Shown here in pieces: positions 1 to 9,659 of a stretch of DNA of 64,000 nt (position 1 is its first letter; the number at the start of each line of letters is the position of its first letter). This DNA comes from Desulfocapsaceae bacterium (GTDB taxonomy: Bacteria > Desulfobacterota > Desulfobulbia > Desulfobulbales > Desulfocapsaceae). Under the pieces are notes generated by a model. The model was not told the DNA's origin and ran no database searches. It saw only the letters and a list, made by a program, of their open reading frames with translations. The position numbers and the translations under genes are program-made. The stretch spans positions 4,282 to 68,281 of the forward strand of contig JAUSAB010000023.1 in assembly GCA_030653035.1 (NCBI GenBank). Direction: 5' to 3'.

Positions 1-657
1 AGGCCTGACTGGTGGCCTGTTCCGAGAGCATGGAGAAGGAGAACATCCGCTCGTTGAAAAGATAACTCATGGTCAGCTCAGACAGACCGCGATAGAAGTC
101 ACTCTTGGCGGCGGATGCCAGAACGGCGCAGAATTCGACGGTCCAGCCCATGAGGTGGTTGCGCAGAAAGGTGAACTGCTTTTCCTGATCCTCGTTGTTA
201 TAGGCAGCCCGTTCCGCCAGATAGCGCATGAATTCGAGTTCGACGGCGATATGGTCATCGAGATCGAAATAACCTGGATTTTTGTGGACGCCGGCCGCAT
301 TCAGGGCGGCGCGGATGGCGACCACAGGTTCCTGCATGACCAGCGGTTCCCGTGTGGCGTAACAGGATTCATAGGGAAAGGCGGGATTGTTGCTGGCATT
401 CAAGAAAAGGTTGGCATATTCGTAGCGTAACTCGCTGAAGACCTGCTCCGCTGTTCCTGATTGGAGCCCTGAGGTCATCTTGGTCAAACCGGAACAGAAA
501 TCCTGGATGGTACATATCTCTTGCAGTGCATCGATACGATCCAAAAAATCGCGGCTCTTCATCTGTGTTATCAGATGTAGGGGGATTTCGTCTCGATACA
601 TGGCTGAGAGAAAGTGATAGAGTTTGGCCCTGGCTAGATTCATTGCTTTGATGTCCA
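1..657 (-). CDS. TorD/DmsD-family redox-enzyme maturation chaperone (3' end runs off the window)
   Basis: My own minus-strand translation from ATG (657-655) gives MDIKAMNLARAKLYHFLSAMYRDEIP...ELRYEYANLF...DHIAVELEFMRYLAE... and stays open to position 1. It is absent from the ORF track because there is no stop in the window. The motif pattern is typical of TorD/DmsD/NarJ-like chaperones. Confidence 0.65.
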
Positions 658-675
658 TGGGAAATTATCCTCCAG

Positions 676-1062
676 TTATACGTTGATGCTGCTTTTTTTG
701 TCTTTGGCTTTCAAGACCTTTTCTACCTTCTCTTCCAGCTCTGCGCGGTCAATGGGCTTGACGCAATATTCGTCCGCCCCAAGACTGATGGCCTCACGGG
801 CCGTTTCCACTGTTGGATAACCGGTAAGCATGATGGCACGTATTGTCGGAACCTCTATTTTGAGCAACGCCAGCACCTCGATGCCGCTCATTTTTTTCAG
901 CTTGATGTCAAGAATGGCCAGATCCACCTTGTTGGCCTTGGCATAGGCAATAGCCTCGTCCTCTTCCGTAAAGGTGTGAACATTATGACCCTTTTTGGTT
1001 AAAATCTTGCCAATGAGCACGGTGGCATCCTGTACATCGTCCAATGCTAATATTTCAGCCAT
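676..1062 (-). CDS. Stand-alone response regulator receiver (CheY-like REC) protein
   Basis: 128 aa with an acidic pocket (LALDDVQD), a phospho-acceptor context (DLAILDIKLKKMSG) and a conserved ...LTGY...K.. layout. No output domain. Confidence 0.85.
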   Translation of the reverse strand: MAEILALDDVQDATVLIGKILTKKGHNVHTFTEEDEAIAYAKANKVDLAILDIKLKKMSGIEVLALLKIEVPTIRAIMLTGYPTVETAREAISLGADEYCVKPIDRAELEEKVEKVLKAKDKKSSINV

Positions 1063-1123
1063 GATCTACCTCCTATAAAGTTTACTTAGCCATCTCCTTG
1101 ATGACTTTTTCCTTCCATTACTA

Positions 1124-2692
1124 TCATTCACGTACACTTGCCGTTTCAACGAGTACTGCCGGAAGTTTGACGTGAAACGCTGCTCCCGGCATTTTTTCTC
1201 CAGACTGCCTGTTTACAACTGGACTTTCCACCTCTATCTGTCCCCCATGATCCTGAATGATGCCGTAGGAAACCGAGAGTCCCAGTCCGGTTCCCTTGCC
1301 CACTGATTTGGTGGTGAAAAACGGATCAAAGATTCGAGCCCGAATCTTTTCCGGGATGCCATGGCCGGTATCCTGGACGGTGGCTACAACTTTATGGGTG
1401 TCAGGATCATAGCGGGTGCTCATGAGCAGCTCCCCTGACCCCTGTTTTTCCATGGCATGATGGGCATTGTTGACCAGATTGACAAAGACCTGCCGTAGCC
1501 GTTCGGTATCGCCGACGATGAGGGGCAGATCCTTGGTAAAATCCTGATGCACATTGATATGATCCATATTCAGAAAGTGCTGGGTCACGGCAATCACATC
1601 CATTAAGATCTCGTTAATGGAGATATCTTCCCGGGCGTTTTCCGATTGCCGGGAAAACTTGAGCAGATCCGCCACGATCTTGCGGCAGGCCTTGGTCTGC
1701 CGCTCAATGATTGCCAGATTTTGCCCTTGATCACTCTCCGGCGTAAAATCATCCATCATCAACTGCGAGTACCCCAGGATGACTCCCAGGGGGGTGTTGA
1801 TTTCATGTGCCACTCCGGCTGCCATCTGGCCCACTGAGGCCATTTTCTCACTGGCGGCCAGTTGCTCCATCATGGTTTTGATCCGGGTAAGATCCTTGAC
1901 GATACCTTCACAACCGCTAAACTGGTTTTTTTCATTGTAAACAGCTGTGGCGGACAGGAGAACATAGATGCCTGCTCCGTCCGCCTTGGCAAATTCTACC
2001 TCCAGGTCTTCCACAAATCCCCGGGTGAGCAGGGTCTCATAGTAGCTGTCCAGGTCGGTTTCATTTTTGAAGATATCCAGAAGGTTCAGGGGCGGGGCGT
2101 TTTCGACAGGATAATCAAGCATTTCAAAGCCGGCACTATTCATGGTCAGAACCTGATTGGTCGAGTCACTGAAATAAACCATGTCTTTGGAATTGTTAAA
2201 AAGATTGCGGAATTTTTTCTCTGAGGCCGAGAGCTCAAGCGTTCTTGCCGCCACCATCTCTTCCAGGTGCAGGTTCATCCCATGAAGCTGGTCGGCGGCA
2301 ACTTCCAGTTGGTCGTAGGCCTCTTTCAGGCTTCTGGCCTTTTTGTTAATGGCCTGGTATCCCTCAATGCCTTTATGGTAATAAATAGTGACGGACGCCA
2401 GTGAGATCATGAGCAGGGTGTTGGTTCCCCCGGAGATGGGAGAGATGGTTTGCCACAATTCCTGCTTGTCAGCAAACAGGAGGATATGTTTCAGCAGATG
2501 TCCTATGGCCCGGGAGATGGCAAAGGCGGCAAGAGTCATACAAAAGTAAAAGAGAAATCCCCACAGGAAATTCTCCGGCTGTTTTCTGGTCAGAAGCCAG
2601 GCATAGCGCAGGGAAAGAAATGACAGAACAATAATAAACAGTGAGCCCACCATATCGGTGACAATGGCGGAAGAGAGGGGAAGGCTGTTCAT
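1124..2692 (-). CDS. Membrane-bound PAS sensor histidine kinase
   Basis: Taken from internal ATG 2692 ([11 protein letters not shown]...). It has N-terminal TM helices, a coiled coil, a PAS-like region, an H-box ([12 protein letters not shown]) and HATPase N/G boxes ([28 protein letters not shown]). The upstream part of the 689-aa track ORF is non-protein-like and overlaps another frame's gene. Confidence 0.85.
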   Translation of the reverse strand: MNSLPLSSAIVTDMVGSLFIIVLSFLSLRYAWLLTRKQPENFLWGFLFYFCMTLAAFAISRAIGHLLKHILLFADKQELWQTISPISGGTNTLLMISLASVTIYYHKGIEGYQAINKKARSLKEAYDQLEVAADQLHGMNLHLEEMVAARTLELSASEKKFRNLFNNSKDMVYFSDSTNQVLTMNSAGFEMLDYPVENAPPLNLLDIFKNETDLDSYYETLLTRGFVEDLEVEFAKADGAGIYVLLSATAVYNEKNQFSGCEGIVKDLTRIKTMMEQLAASEKMASVGQMAAGVAHEINTPLGVILGYSQLMMDDFTPESDQGQNLAIIERQTKACRKIVADLLKFSRQSENAREDISINEILMDVIAVTQHFLNMDHINVHQDFTKDLPLIVGDTERLRQVFVNLVNNAHHAMEKQGSGELLMSTRYDPDTHKVVATVQDTGHGIPEKIRARIFDPFFTTKSVGKGTGLGLSVSYGIIQDHGGQIEVESPVVNRQSGEKMPGAAFHVKLPAVLVETASVRE

Positions 2693-3159
2693 TTCTTGTC
2701 CGCCTCGTCTGAGCTGTGATACAGGGAGCGCAGGCTCAGGAAGAGGAAAAACAGGGCCGGGACACTGAGCAGGTGGTCCAGGGTGGCGCTGAAATAGATC
2801 AGCTTGATGACGGACAAGGGGCCCGTGATTTGTGACGAAAAGTAGCCTGCTGGACGGATGATATCGGAATCGGCAATGTGCATTCCCAGCCAGTGCCCGG
2901 AAAAGGCCACGAGATTCCAGAGGATCATCAGAATGCAGAAGATCTGGAGATAGCGCCAGCCCTTGCCGGAGAAGGCGTTCCGCCCCACATCCCAGAAGAG
3001 ATAACCGAGGGCCGCCGAATAAAAGAGGTGGGCCAGCTGATGCACATAAATACTTTCGGTGGGACCGTGCGATTGCAATGCCCAGGCCTGATCCGGGGCA
3101 AGAATCAAGGCCAGGGGCAGGAACAGGGCAAGCATGTTGATTTTTTGCAATGGCTTCAT
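2689..3159 (-). CDS. Polytopic membrane protein of unknown function, translationally coupled to the kinase
   Basis: Start chosen at MKPLQKINMLALFLPLALILAPDQAWA (signal-peptide-like); the track ORF extends to a GTG at 3240. Several hydrophobic helices follow. Its TGA stop overlaps the kinase ATG (ATGA at 2689-2692). Confidence 0.5.
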   Translation of the reverse strand: MKPLQKINMLALFLPLALILAPDQAWALQSHGPTESIYVHQLAHLFYSAALGYLFWDVGRNAFSGKGWRYLQIFCILMILWNLVAFSGHWLGMHIADSDIIRPAGYFSSQITGPLSVIKLIYFSATLDHLLSVPALFFLFLSLRSLYHSSDEADKK

Positions 3160-3479
3160 ATAACTTTGGAGCAAAAGAGGGATGTTTCTGCATGGAGCTT
3201 GACGGACATGAATCAACTCGGTGTGACTGGTACCATGCACATTGAGCGCCAGAAAGAGGATGTAGGGGGATAAATAATAAATATTCTATGATATCGGGAT
3301 TTTGTGTGGTTGGCTCCCGGTGGATAGGTCATAGGGAATGAGGTGATTATTTTTAATCACTCTCGGGAGACTGCAACAAAAAAGAGACAGTGAAACATTC
3401 TGGTATCACTCCTGTTCTCATATGGCTGCCACATTCAGGATGTGGAAGGAGGTTGGGGCGAACCTTTTTAAGGTATTAT

Positions 3480-4901
3480 TCAGGCTGTTCTGAAGAGGTC
3501 GGCATCAATTGCATGACGGCGCATCAGCCGTTGAAAGGCCTGACGCTCCATGCCGCTGGCCTTGGCTGCGGCCGAGACATTGCCCTTGGAGTTCGCCAGG
3601 CAGTGACGCAGATAGGCGCTGGTAAAGGGGCCGATCACCTCTTCCTTGGCCTGTCGATAGGGAAGCTGGTACACACAGGCGGGAACCTGGCCGTGTGCTT
3701 CTCCGGTCTTGCCATTGTCCTCGAAACTGGTCAGTTCATGCGGGGTGATCTTACGGCTGTCGGAGAGGAGTACCGCCCGGTTGATGATATTCTGTAATTG
3801 GCGGACATTGCCCTTCCATTGTCTACGCATCAGGCATTGCAGGGCCTCGGGGGTGAATTCCATCCCTTCCTGATCATATTCCCGGGAGTACTGGATCAGA
3901 AAATGCTGGGCCAGCAGGGGGATATCATCTTTGATCTCGGCCAGGGTGGGCAAGGTGACGGTCATCACGTTCAGCCGGTAGAAGAGATCTTCCCGAAATT
4001 CCCCTTTGGCCATTTTTGCCTCCAGATCCTGATTGGTGGCGGCCAGCACCCGGACATCAACCTTGATGGTCTTGGTTTGGCCCAAGGGCTGAATCTCTTT
4101 CTCCTGCAGGACCCGCAGGAGCTTGGTCTGAAGTCCCAAGGGAATATCGGCAATTTCATCCAGAAAGATCGTGGAGCCATCCGCCTCAAGAAAGAGGCCG
4201 GTTTTGTCATGATCGGCGCCGGTGAAGGCCCCTTTGCAATAGCCAAAGAGTTCACTTTCCAGGATCTGTTCAGGCAGGGCCGGACAGTTGACCGTGATCA
4301 TCTTTTTGGCGGCCCGTTTACTCATGGCATGGATGGCGCGGGCAGCCACCTCTTTGCCGGTTCCTGATTCCCCGCGAATGAGTACGGTGGCATCACTTTT
4401 TCCCAGACGTGCCAGGAGATCAATGGCTCGTTGTAAAGGCGGTGAATGACCGATAAAGCCGGTCAATCCGTTTTTGCCGGTCAGGCGCTGCTGGAGTTGC
4501 AGGTTTTCGCGCAGCAGATACGTCCGCTCCAGAGCGCGTTTGACCACCCGGCTGATCTTGTCGTTATCAAAGGGTTTTTCAAAAAAATCATAGGCGCCGT
4601 CTTTCAAGGCTTGGACGGCGATCTCAATAGTGCCATAGCCGGTCATGATGATGGTGCTGATGGTGGGATCAATGGTGGTAATGGATTGCAGGAGCTGCAG
4701 GCCGTCCATGTCCGGCATGATAATGTCGGTGAGCACAACATCCGGCTCCCAGCTCTTGACCAGCTCCACGGCCTCCAGGCTTGACGAGGTCAGGGCAACA
4801 TCACAACCGCATTTTTTGGACAGGACCTTTTTGAGCAGGTCAAGGAGATCCTGTTCATCATCGACAATCAGTAGACGCTTTGCTTTTTGTTCCTGCTGCA
4901 T
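3480..4901 (-). CDS. Sigma-54-dependent response regulator (NtrC/AtoC family: REC + AAA+ + Fis-type HTH)
   Basis: REC domain (LLIVDDEQD...VLTDIIMPDMDG), Walker A GESGTGKEV, GAFTGA loop (KGAFTGA), ESELFGY, and a C-terminal HTH (GNVSAAAKASGMERQAFQRLMRR). Confidence 0.9.
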   Translation of the reverse strand: MQQEQKAKRLLIVDDEQDLLDLLKKVLSKKCGCDVALTSSSLEAVELVKSWEPDVVLTDIIMPDMDGLQLLQSITTIDPTISTIIMTGYGTIEIAVQALKDGAYDFFEKPFDNDKISRVVKRALERTYLLRENLQLQQRLTGKNGLTGFIGHSPPLQRAIDLLARLGKSDATVLIRGESGTGKEVAARAIHAMSKRAAKKMITVNCPALPEQILESELFGYCKGAFTGADHDKTGLFLEADGSTIFLDEIADIPLGLQTKLLRVLQEKEIQPLGQTKTIKVDVRVLAATNQDLEAKMAKGEFREDLFYRLNVMTVTLPTLAEIKDDIPLLAQHFLIQYSREYDQEGMEFTPEALQCLMRRQWKGNVRQLQNIINRAVLLSDSRKITPHELTSFEDNGKTGEAHGQVPACVYQLPYRQAKEEVIGPFTSAYLRHCLANSKGNVSAAAKASGMERQAFQRLMRRHAIDADLFRTA

Positions 4902-4907
4902 AAAAGT

Positions 4908-5945
4908 TTATTCCTTGGAGTCCTTGATCATGGTTTGAAAATATTGTTGCACAAAACGACCGGAAACCGTATCAAAATTTGAGAATCGCAGGCCGGCAGT
5001 GGGTGGGAAGTCACCGGTCAGGGCAAGAAAAACAGTGCGTGAGCAGTTCTCGATTGCCATGTGCAGCCTGTTTTGCGCCTGGATATCCAGACCAGACCGG
5101 CACCGGAGCGGGCGATTGGTGTGCAGGATACAGGCTCGATCGACCAGGAGCGGACAGGAAAGGGTCTGGGAGGAAGAAATCCGCTGGGCCGCCTGTTCTG
5201 GGCTTCCGCCTCCTGTCTGTTGCACTTTTTTGAGCAGACAGGATGTCTCGTCGGCCCGTGCCATGGTGGCAAGGCGTTGTTCCCGGTTTAACTGTCGATT
5301 CAGGGTGTGGCTGATATTTACGGCCTCAATGAGTTCCATCTCGAAATAGGCATGACAGCAGGTGTCCGTATCCAGTTCCGTGGGGGCAATTCCTGCGGCC
5401 GTGGCCATGGCCTCTGCCTCCTGGAGAACAGCTGCATATTCCCGGAGAAAGGGCAGAAGGCTCACCGTCTCCTTGTCTTCAATGGTTGGCTCACGCGCAC
5501 TCAGTTGACCCTGTTGCTTACCATACTTGCGCAATAGTTGCCACTGGCTGTAGCTGCCGGGAGTCACCCTGTCAGCCTTCAGTCTTTTTTCAGTGAGCTT
5601 TAATCCCAGTCCCCGTCTCAGCAGATAGGCGGAGACAAAGGTGCCGGTGCGGCCCAGGCCATGCCGACAGTGAATCAGAACTTTTTTCTTCAGGTAGAGG
5701 GCTTCATCGAGCCAGTGCAGGGCCTCTTCCATCAGATCCATATCCGGGGCGCATTCATCGGGGATGGGTAAATAATAGACCTCAAATCCTGATTGCTCCT
5801 CGATCTGGTGCAGGTCGCAGAACTCGCCGCACAGATTGACAATGGCATTAATCCCCTGTTCGGTGATGGCATCAAGATCCTCATAGGACATGGGCGCCGA
5901 GCCGACGGCTAGTTGGCTGGTGATCCAGGTTAAGGTGTAGGCCAT
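4908..5945 (-). CDS. Dual-specificity/tyrosine phosphatase domain fused to a Cys-rich YkgJ (UPF0153)-like domain
   Basis: CX5R P-loop VLIHCRHGLGRTGT in the N-terminal half. The C-terminal half has CCHAYFE...CPLLVDRACILHTNRPLRCR, which resembles the CxxCxxCC zinc/iron-chelating family. Confidence 0.7.
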   Translation of the reverse strand: MAYTLTWITSQLAVGSAPMSYEDLDAITEQGINAIVNLCGEFCDLHQIEEQSGFEVYYLPIPDECAPDMDLMEEALHWLDEALYLKKKVLIHCRHGLGRTGTFVSAYLLRRGLGLKLTEKRLKADRVTPGSYSQWQLLRKYGKQQGQLSAREPTIEDKETVSLLPFLREYAAVLQEAEAMATAAGIAPTELDTDTCCHAYFEMELIEAVNISHTLNRQLNREQRLATMARADETSCLLKKVQQTGGGSPEQAAQRISSSQTLSCPLLVDRACILHTNRPLRCRSGLDIQAQNRLHMAIENCSRTVFLALTGDFPPTAGLRFSNFDTVSGRFVQQYFQTMIKDSKE

Positions 5946-8491
5946 GGTCTCATTTCTTCTTTTGTGGTCTCAGCCAGGAAATCCTGAAGAGAGTGTTGTA
6001 CATCCTGTTTGTCATGGAGGGTCATATCCATAAGTTTAGTGGCGCCAAGTAAGCGACCCAGGGTTACCAGATGCACCTGCATTTCCGGGGATGAAAGGGC
6101 GGAAACCCTGGCGTCCAGCAGATCCCCCCGGCTCTCGACCAGAAAACCTGCGTCTTTAAGCAGGGTGCGGATAAAATCCAGACGCAGCAGACGACCGGAA
6201 AAATCAGCCCCGCCACCAGCAAAACGAAAATAACAATAGTTGGTGGAACTGTCCTCGCCGCAGATGCAATCGACCAAGGTAAAATGATAGCCGAAACGCA
6301 TGTTCAGATTGACGTAATCGGCTCCAAGAACAGCATAGCTGGCAAATTCCGGCGCCTCGGTGCGGACTATGCCATCGGCCATGGTCATCTCACCGAAGTG
6401 TTTCCAGTTAAAATGCGTTCTTTCCTGCCATTGGATAGACGGATGGGTAAGTCCTGTCCACAGGGCCTGGAAAGGTGTGGAACGGATCTGATCCTTCTTG
6501 ATCATTTCTTCCCCAGCGGCTGACGAGGTCAGGCCACCACCGACATCAACGATAAAGATAGCAAAGGGGAGTTCGGAAAGCAATTTTTTCCGACTACGGG
6601 ATCTGACGCCCAAACGGTCTCCCAGGGAGAACATGGTTCTGACCCCCTGTTCATGGGCAAAACGGATAATATCATGCAGCGATCGGCACGATTCAGGGGT
6701 AAATTCCTTGGCCTTGGGGGTCGCTCTTTCGCCATCCCTGGCTCGAGCGACACTCGGCCATCCCTGGCCAGCGTCCACCAGATGCAGGGGGGTGATGTGG
6801 TCCAGGAGCTTGCGCAGTTTCCGGTAAAAGGGGAGTTGCTTTTGTGATTCGTGGCGAGGAACAGTTGCCTGATGAGGCAAGAGATCACCCTGGTACACCA
6901 CCCTGACTGCGGCGTCCATGGTTATGATCTGGCCATGCTCAATGGCCTCGACCTTGGGGCCCAGGCCACAGAGCAAGGGAACGCCAAATTCCCGGCAGAC
7001 GGTGGAGAAATGACCGGCAACGCTGCCCAGCTCAGCCAGTACACCACTGACCCGGTCCAGAACCTGGACAGAGGAAGGCAGAGTCTCTCTAATGACCAGG
7101 ATGGCGCCGGCAGGCACCTGTTCTACTGGATGGTCGGCATTAACGCAGAACGCCTGCCCGCAAGCCTGTCCCCAAGCCGCCATGGTTCCTCCCTGCAGCA
7201 ACGGTTCGTCCTTGATCTCAGGGATTTTGGTGGATTGTTCTCGGTCAGGTGCGGCTTGTGATTGTAAAGGACGGCTCTGGAGAAAAAGAATAGTGCCGGC
7301 AGCGGTCAGGGTCCACTCGATATCCTGGGGTGTCCCAAAATGGGCCTCGATCTGCAAGGCATTATCGGCAAGAATGGTTGTCTGGGCATCGGTCAGTACT
7401 TTTGTTTGCGTGGGCGTTTCCGCATCCTGCGGAATTAAGGGTTGGCCTGTGATTGTTTCTCTATTCACCGGCAGGACCTCCGGAATTACCTGACCACTGA
7501 CCAGCGCGTCACCCTGTCCCCGCACCGTATGGATGAAGAGATTGCTTGTGTCCCGGCCTGACGGGTCAATTGTGTAAACGACCCCGCTGGCCAGGGCATC
7601 AACCATTTCCAGCACCAGAACGGCCATGGGCGCCTCTTCATCACTGAGTCCGCAGTGGATCCGGTAGGCCAAGGCTTCTGGTGTGTATTTGCTGGCAAGG
7701 ACGGTCAGATAAGCGGGGATGATGTTTTCTTTTTGGACTGCAAGGACGGTGGTGTACTGCCCGGCAAAAGAGCACTCGCCATCTTCACCCACGGCGCTGC
7801 TGCGTACGGCCACCTGGAGATTGTCGGTCTGGTTTGTGGCTAATGTTGTGGAAGCGGCCAGGATTGCATCATTAATATCAGGTGGAACCTCGGCGTTTTT
7901 GATCAAGGTCGTTAACTTTTTTGAGATCCGGGTCAAGGTGTCAGGAACGGTCAGATCGATCTGGGCCAGGAGTTCGTTGATCCTGCTCCGCAGATCATTA
8001 TATTCGAGCAGATATTGAAAACTGTTGATTGTAATGACAAAACCGGAAGGTACAGGCAGGTGCAAGGAGGTGGCAAGCTCGGCCAAGTTGGCGCTTTTGG
8101 CGCCGACAAGTTCCGGTCTCGCGGCGGTATCGGTCAGACCCAGGACAAAGGGCGGGCCAAAGTGAAGGGCAGGCGGGGCCAGTAGGAATCGGCTGTAGAA
8201 ATCAAATTTACGAAAATATTCACGCAGGGTCACAAAAGAACCAGGGGCCATCCGTTCGAGGTTCTCCACCATGCCGCCGACACTGGCCGAAAGGGCCTCG
8301 TAGCGAGCGCTAATACGGCAGAAATCTTCTTTTTTCCCTTGATAATAAAGGTCTTCCAGGTCAGCCATGAGCTCGTGACTCCGGCTGTCCAGGGTAAGGA
8401 GTTCCCGAAAGGCATCATAGGTTCCGCGCAGGACAACACCGGGTGCAAAAAGACGATATGTCCAATAGTTAAACAGGGCATGGAGATGCAT
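5930..8491 (-). CDS. PEP-utilising enzyme (pyruvate,water-dikinase-like ATP-grasp + mobile His domain) with a non-canonical C-terminal domain
   Basis: PPDK_N-like motifs (GAKSANLAEL, VAVRSSAVGEDGECSFAGQYTTVL, QDIEWT) and a swivel-domain His (GSVAGHFSTVCREFGVPLL). I recognised no PEP/pyruvate TIM-barrel motifs. It overlaps the phosphatase gene by 16 nt. Confidence 0.8.
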   Translation of the reverse strand: MHLHALFNYWTYRLFAPGVVLRGTYDAFRELLTLDSRSHELMADLEDLYYQGKKEDFCRISARYEALSASVGGMVENLERMAPGSFVTLREYFRKFDFYSRFLLAPPALHFGPPFVLGLTDTAARPELVGAKSANLAELATSLHLPVPSGFVITINSFQYLLEYNDLRSRINELLAQIDLTVPDTLTRISKKLTTLIKNAEVPPDINDAILAASTTLATNQTDNLQVAVRSSAVGEDGECSFAGQYTTVLAVQKENIIPAYLTVLASKYTPEALAYRIHCGLSDEEAPMAVLVLEMVDALASGVVYTIDPSGRDTSNLFIHTVRGQGDALVSGQVIPEVLPVNRETITGQPLIPQDAETPTQTKVLTDAQTTILADNALQIEAHFGTPQDIEWTLTAAGTILFLQSRPLQSQAAPDREQSTKIPEIKDEPLLQGGTMAAWGQACGQAFCVNADHPVEQVPAGAILVIRETLPSSVQVLDRVSGVLAELGSVAGHFSTVCREFGVPLLCGLGPKVEAIEHGQIITMDAAVRVVYQGDLLPHQATVPRHESQKQLPFYRKLRKLLDHITPLHLVDAGQGWPSVARARDGERATPKAKEFTPESCRSLHDIIRFAHEQGVRTMFSLGDRLGVRSRSRKKLLSELPFAIFIVDVGGGLTSSAAGEEMIKKDQIRSTPFQALWTGLTHPSIQWQERTHFNWKHFGEMTMADGIVRTEAPEFASYAVLGADYVNLNMRFGYHFTLVDCICGEDSSTNYCYFRFAGGGADFSGRLLRLDFIRTLLKDAGFLVESRGDLLDARVSALSSPEMQVHLVTLGRLLGATKLMDMTLHDKQDVQHSLQDFLAETTKEEMRPWPTP

Positions 8492-8586
8492 TGCGGGCGC
8501 CGGAGAACTCGGAAAAGAAAAAAGCTTAATTCTGCCAGACTTGATTATCGGTCAGATGAGGTCTGCAAGTCAACTGGAGATTGGCG

Positions 8587-9657
8587 TTATTTTTCTTTTG
8601 TTTTCTCGGCTTGCTGATATTTATGAACTGCTTGATTATGCTCGGAAAGATTTTTGGAAAATTGGTGGGTGCCGTTGTTTCTGGAGACAAAATAAAAAAA
8701 GTCGGTGCCGGCAGGATGCAGAACAGCCTCTATGGCCTTTTGTCCTGGATTGCAGATGGGTCCGGCCGGCAAGGCTGGAATGACATAGGTGTTATAGGGA
8801 TGGTCGGCCCGAAGATCGGTTCTGGTCAGATCCCCTGAGAAATCTTTCAGGCCATAGATAACGGTAGGGTCTGATTGCAGGCGCATGCCGGTCTTGAGCC
8901 GGTTGAGAAAGACGGCGGCAATCATGGGCCGTTCCGCCGCATCACCCGTCTCCTTTTCCACCACTGATGCCAGGGTGACAATCTCATGTCGACTCATATG
9001 TTGATTGGAATCATTATCCAATCCAGACCATATTTTTAAAAAACGGTTCACCTGCATGGTGATCAGGCTTTTGGTGTCCCGATGTTCCCGGGTCAGGAGA
9101 TAGGTGTCGGGATAAAGATAGCCTTCCAGGCTACGCACTGATTTGAACCCCAGGGACTTAATAAACTCCGGGTCATGGGCCAGGGCAATGAAACGGTCAC
9201 GGTCACACCAGGCCCCGGAAGCAAAGATATCCGCCACCTCTTCTATCCGCAATCCTTCTGGGATGGTCACGGCATGTTCAATTTGTTTGGCCGTTGCCAG
9301 TTGCCGCAAAACGTCTTCCGGTTTTTGGCCAAGGGTCAACTGGAACTCGCCGGCTGGAAATTTCCCGGCCAGACCGAGATATTTTGTCAGGAGGAGAAAA
9401 CGGATATCGTCATGAATGAGTCCGGCCTTGGCCAGGATCCGGCCAATACCTTTTGTTCGTGTGCCGGGAGGAATAAGGACAATGGCGTATTTTGCCTCTT
9501 GAGATGGCCCTGATTGCAGGCAATACAAGCCCAGCCAGCCCCCGAATGCAACGGAGCAAAGCAGCAAGAAAAGGGCCGTCCAGCGAACGACCCTTTTCTT
9601 AAAAAAAAGAGATTTTTGAGGTGGGTATTCAGGGGCTTGTTTGTCGCTTGTGTCCAA
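8587..9657 (-). CDS. mltG: Endolytic murein transglycosylase MltG (YceG-like)
   Basis: N-terminal TM anchor followed by the YceG pattern (EGYLYPDTY, ASVVEKET, VFLNRL...MRLQSDPTVIYG, YNTY). Confidence 0.85.
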   Translation of the reverse strand: MDTSDKQAPEYPPQKSLFFKKRVVRWTALFLLLCSVAFGGWLGLYCLQSGPSQEAKYAIVLIPPGTRTKGIGRILAKAGLIHDDIRFLLLTKYLGLAGKFPAGEFQLTLGQKPEDVLRQLATAKQIEHAVTIPEGLRIEEVADIFASGAWCDRDRFIALAHDPEFIKSLGFKSVRSLEGYLYPDTYLLTREHRDTKSLITMQVNRFLKIWSGLDNDSNQHMSRHEIVTLASVVEKETGDAAERPMIAAVFLNRLKTGMRLQSDPTVIYGLKDFSGDLTRTDLRADHPYNTYVIPALPAGPICNPGQKAIEAVLHPAGTDFFYFVSRNNGTHQFSKNLSEHNQAVHKYQQAEKTKEK

Positions 9658-9659
9658 TA

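Noticed and set aside
2693-3193. The N-terminal 167 aa of the 689-aa track ORF for the histidine kinase.
   Set aside because: The translation (Pro/Gly/Arg/Leu-rich, no helices) is not protein-like. The region is better explained by the membrane-protein gene in another frame, whose stop overlaps an internal kinase ATG (ATGA).
8520-8539. A possible sigma-54 promoter (minus strand TGGCAGAATTAAGCTT) upstream of the dikinase-like gene.
   Set aside because: The GG-to-GC spacing is 9 nt rather than the canonical 10, and the -12 element is AGCT rather than TTGC. It is attractive given the NtrC-type regulator in the cluster but does not meet the consensus. Left uncalled.
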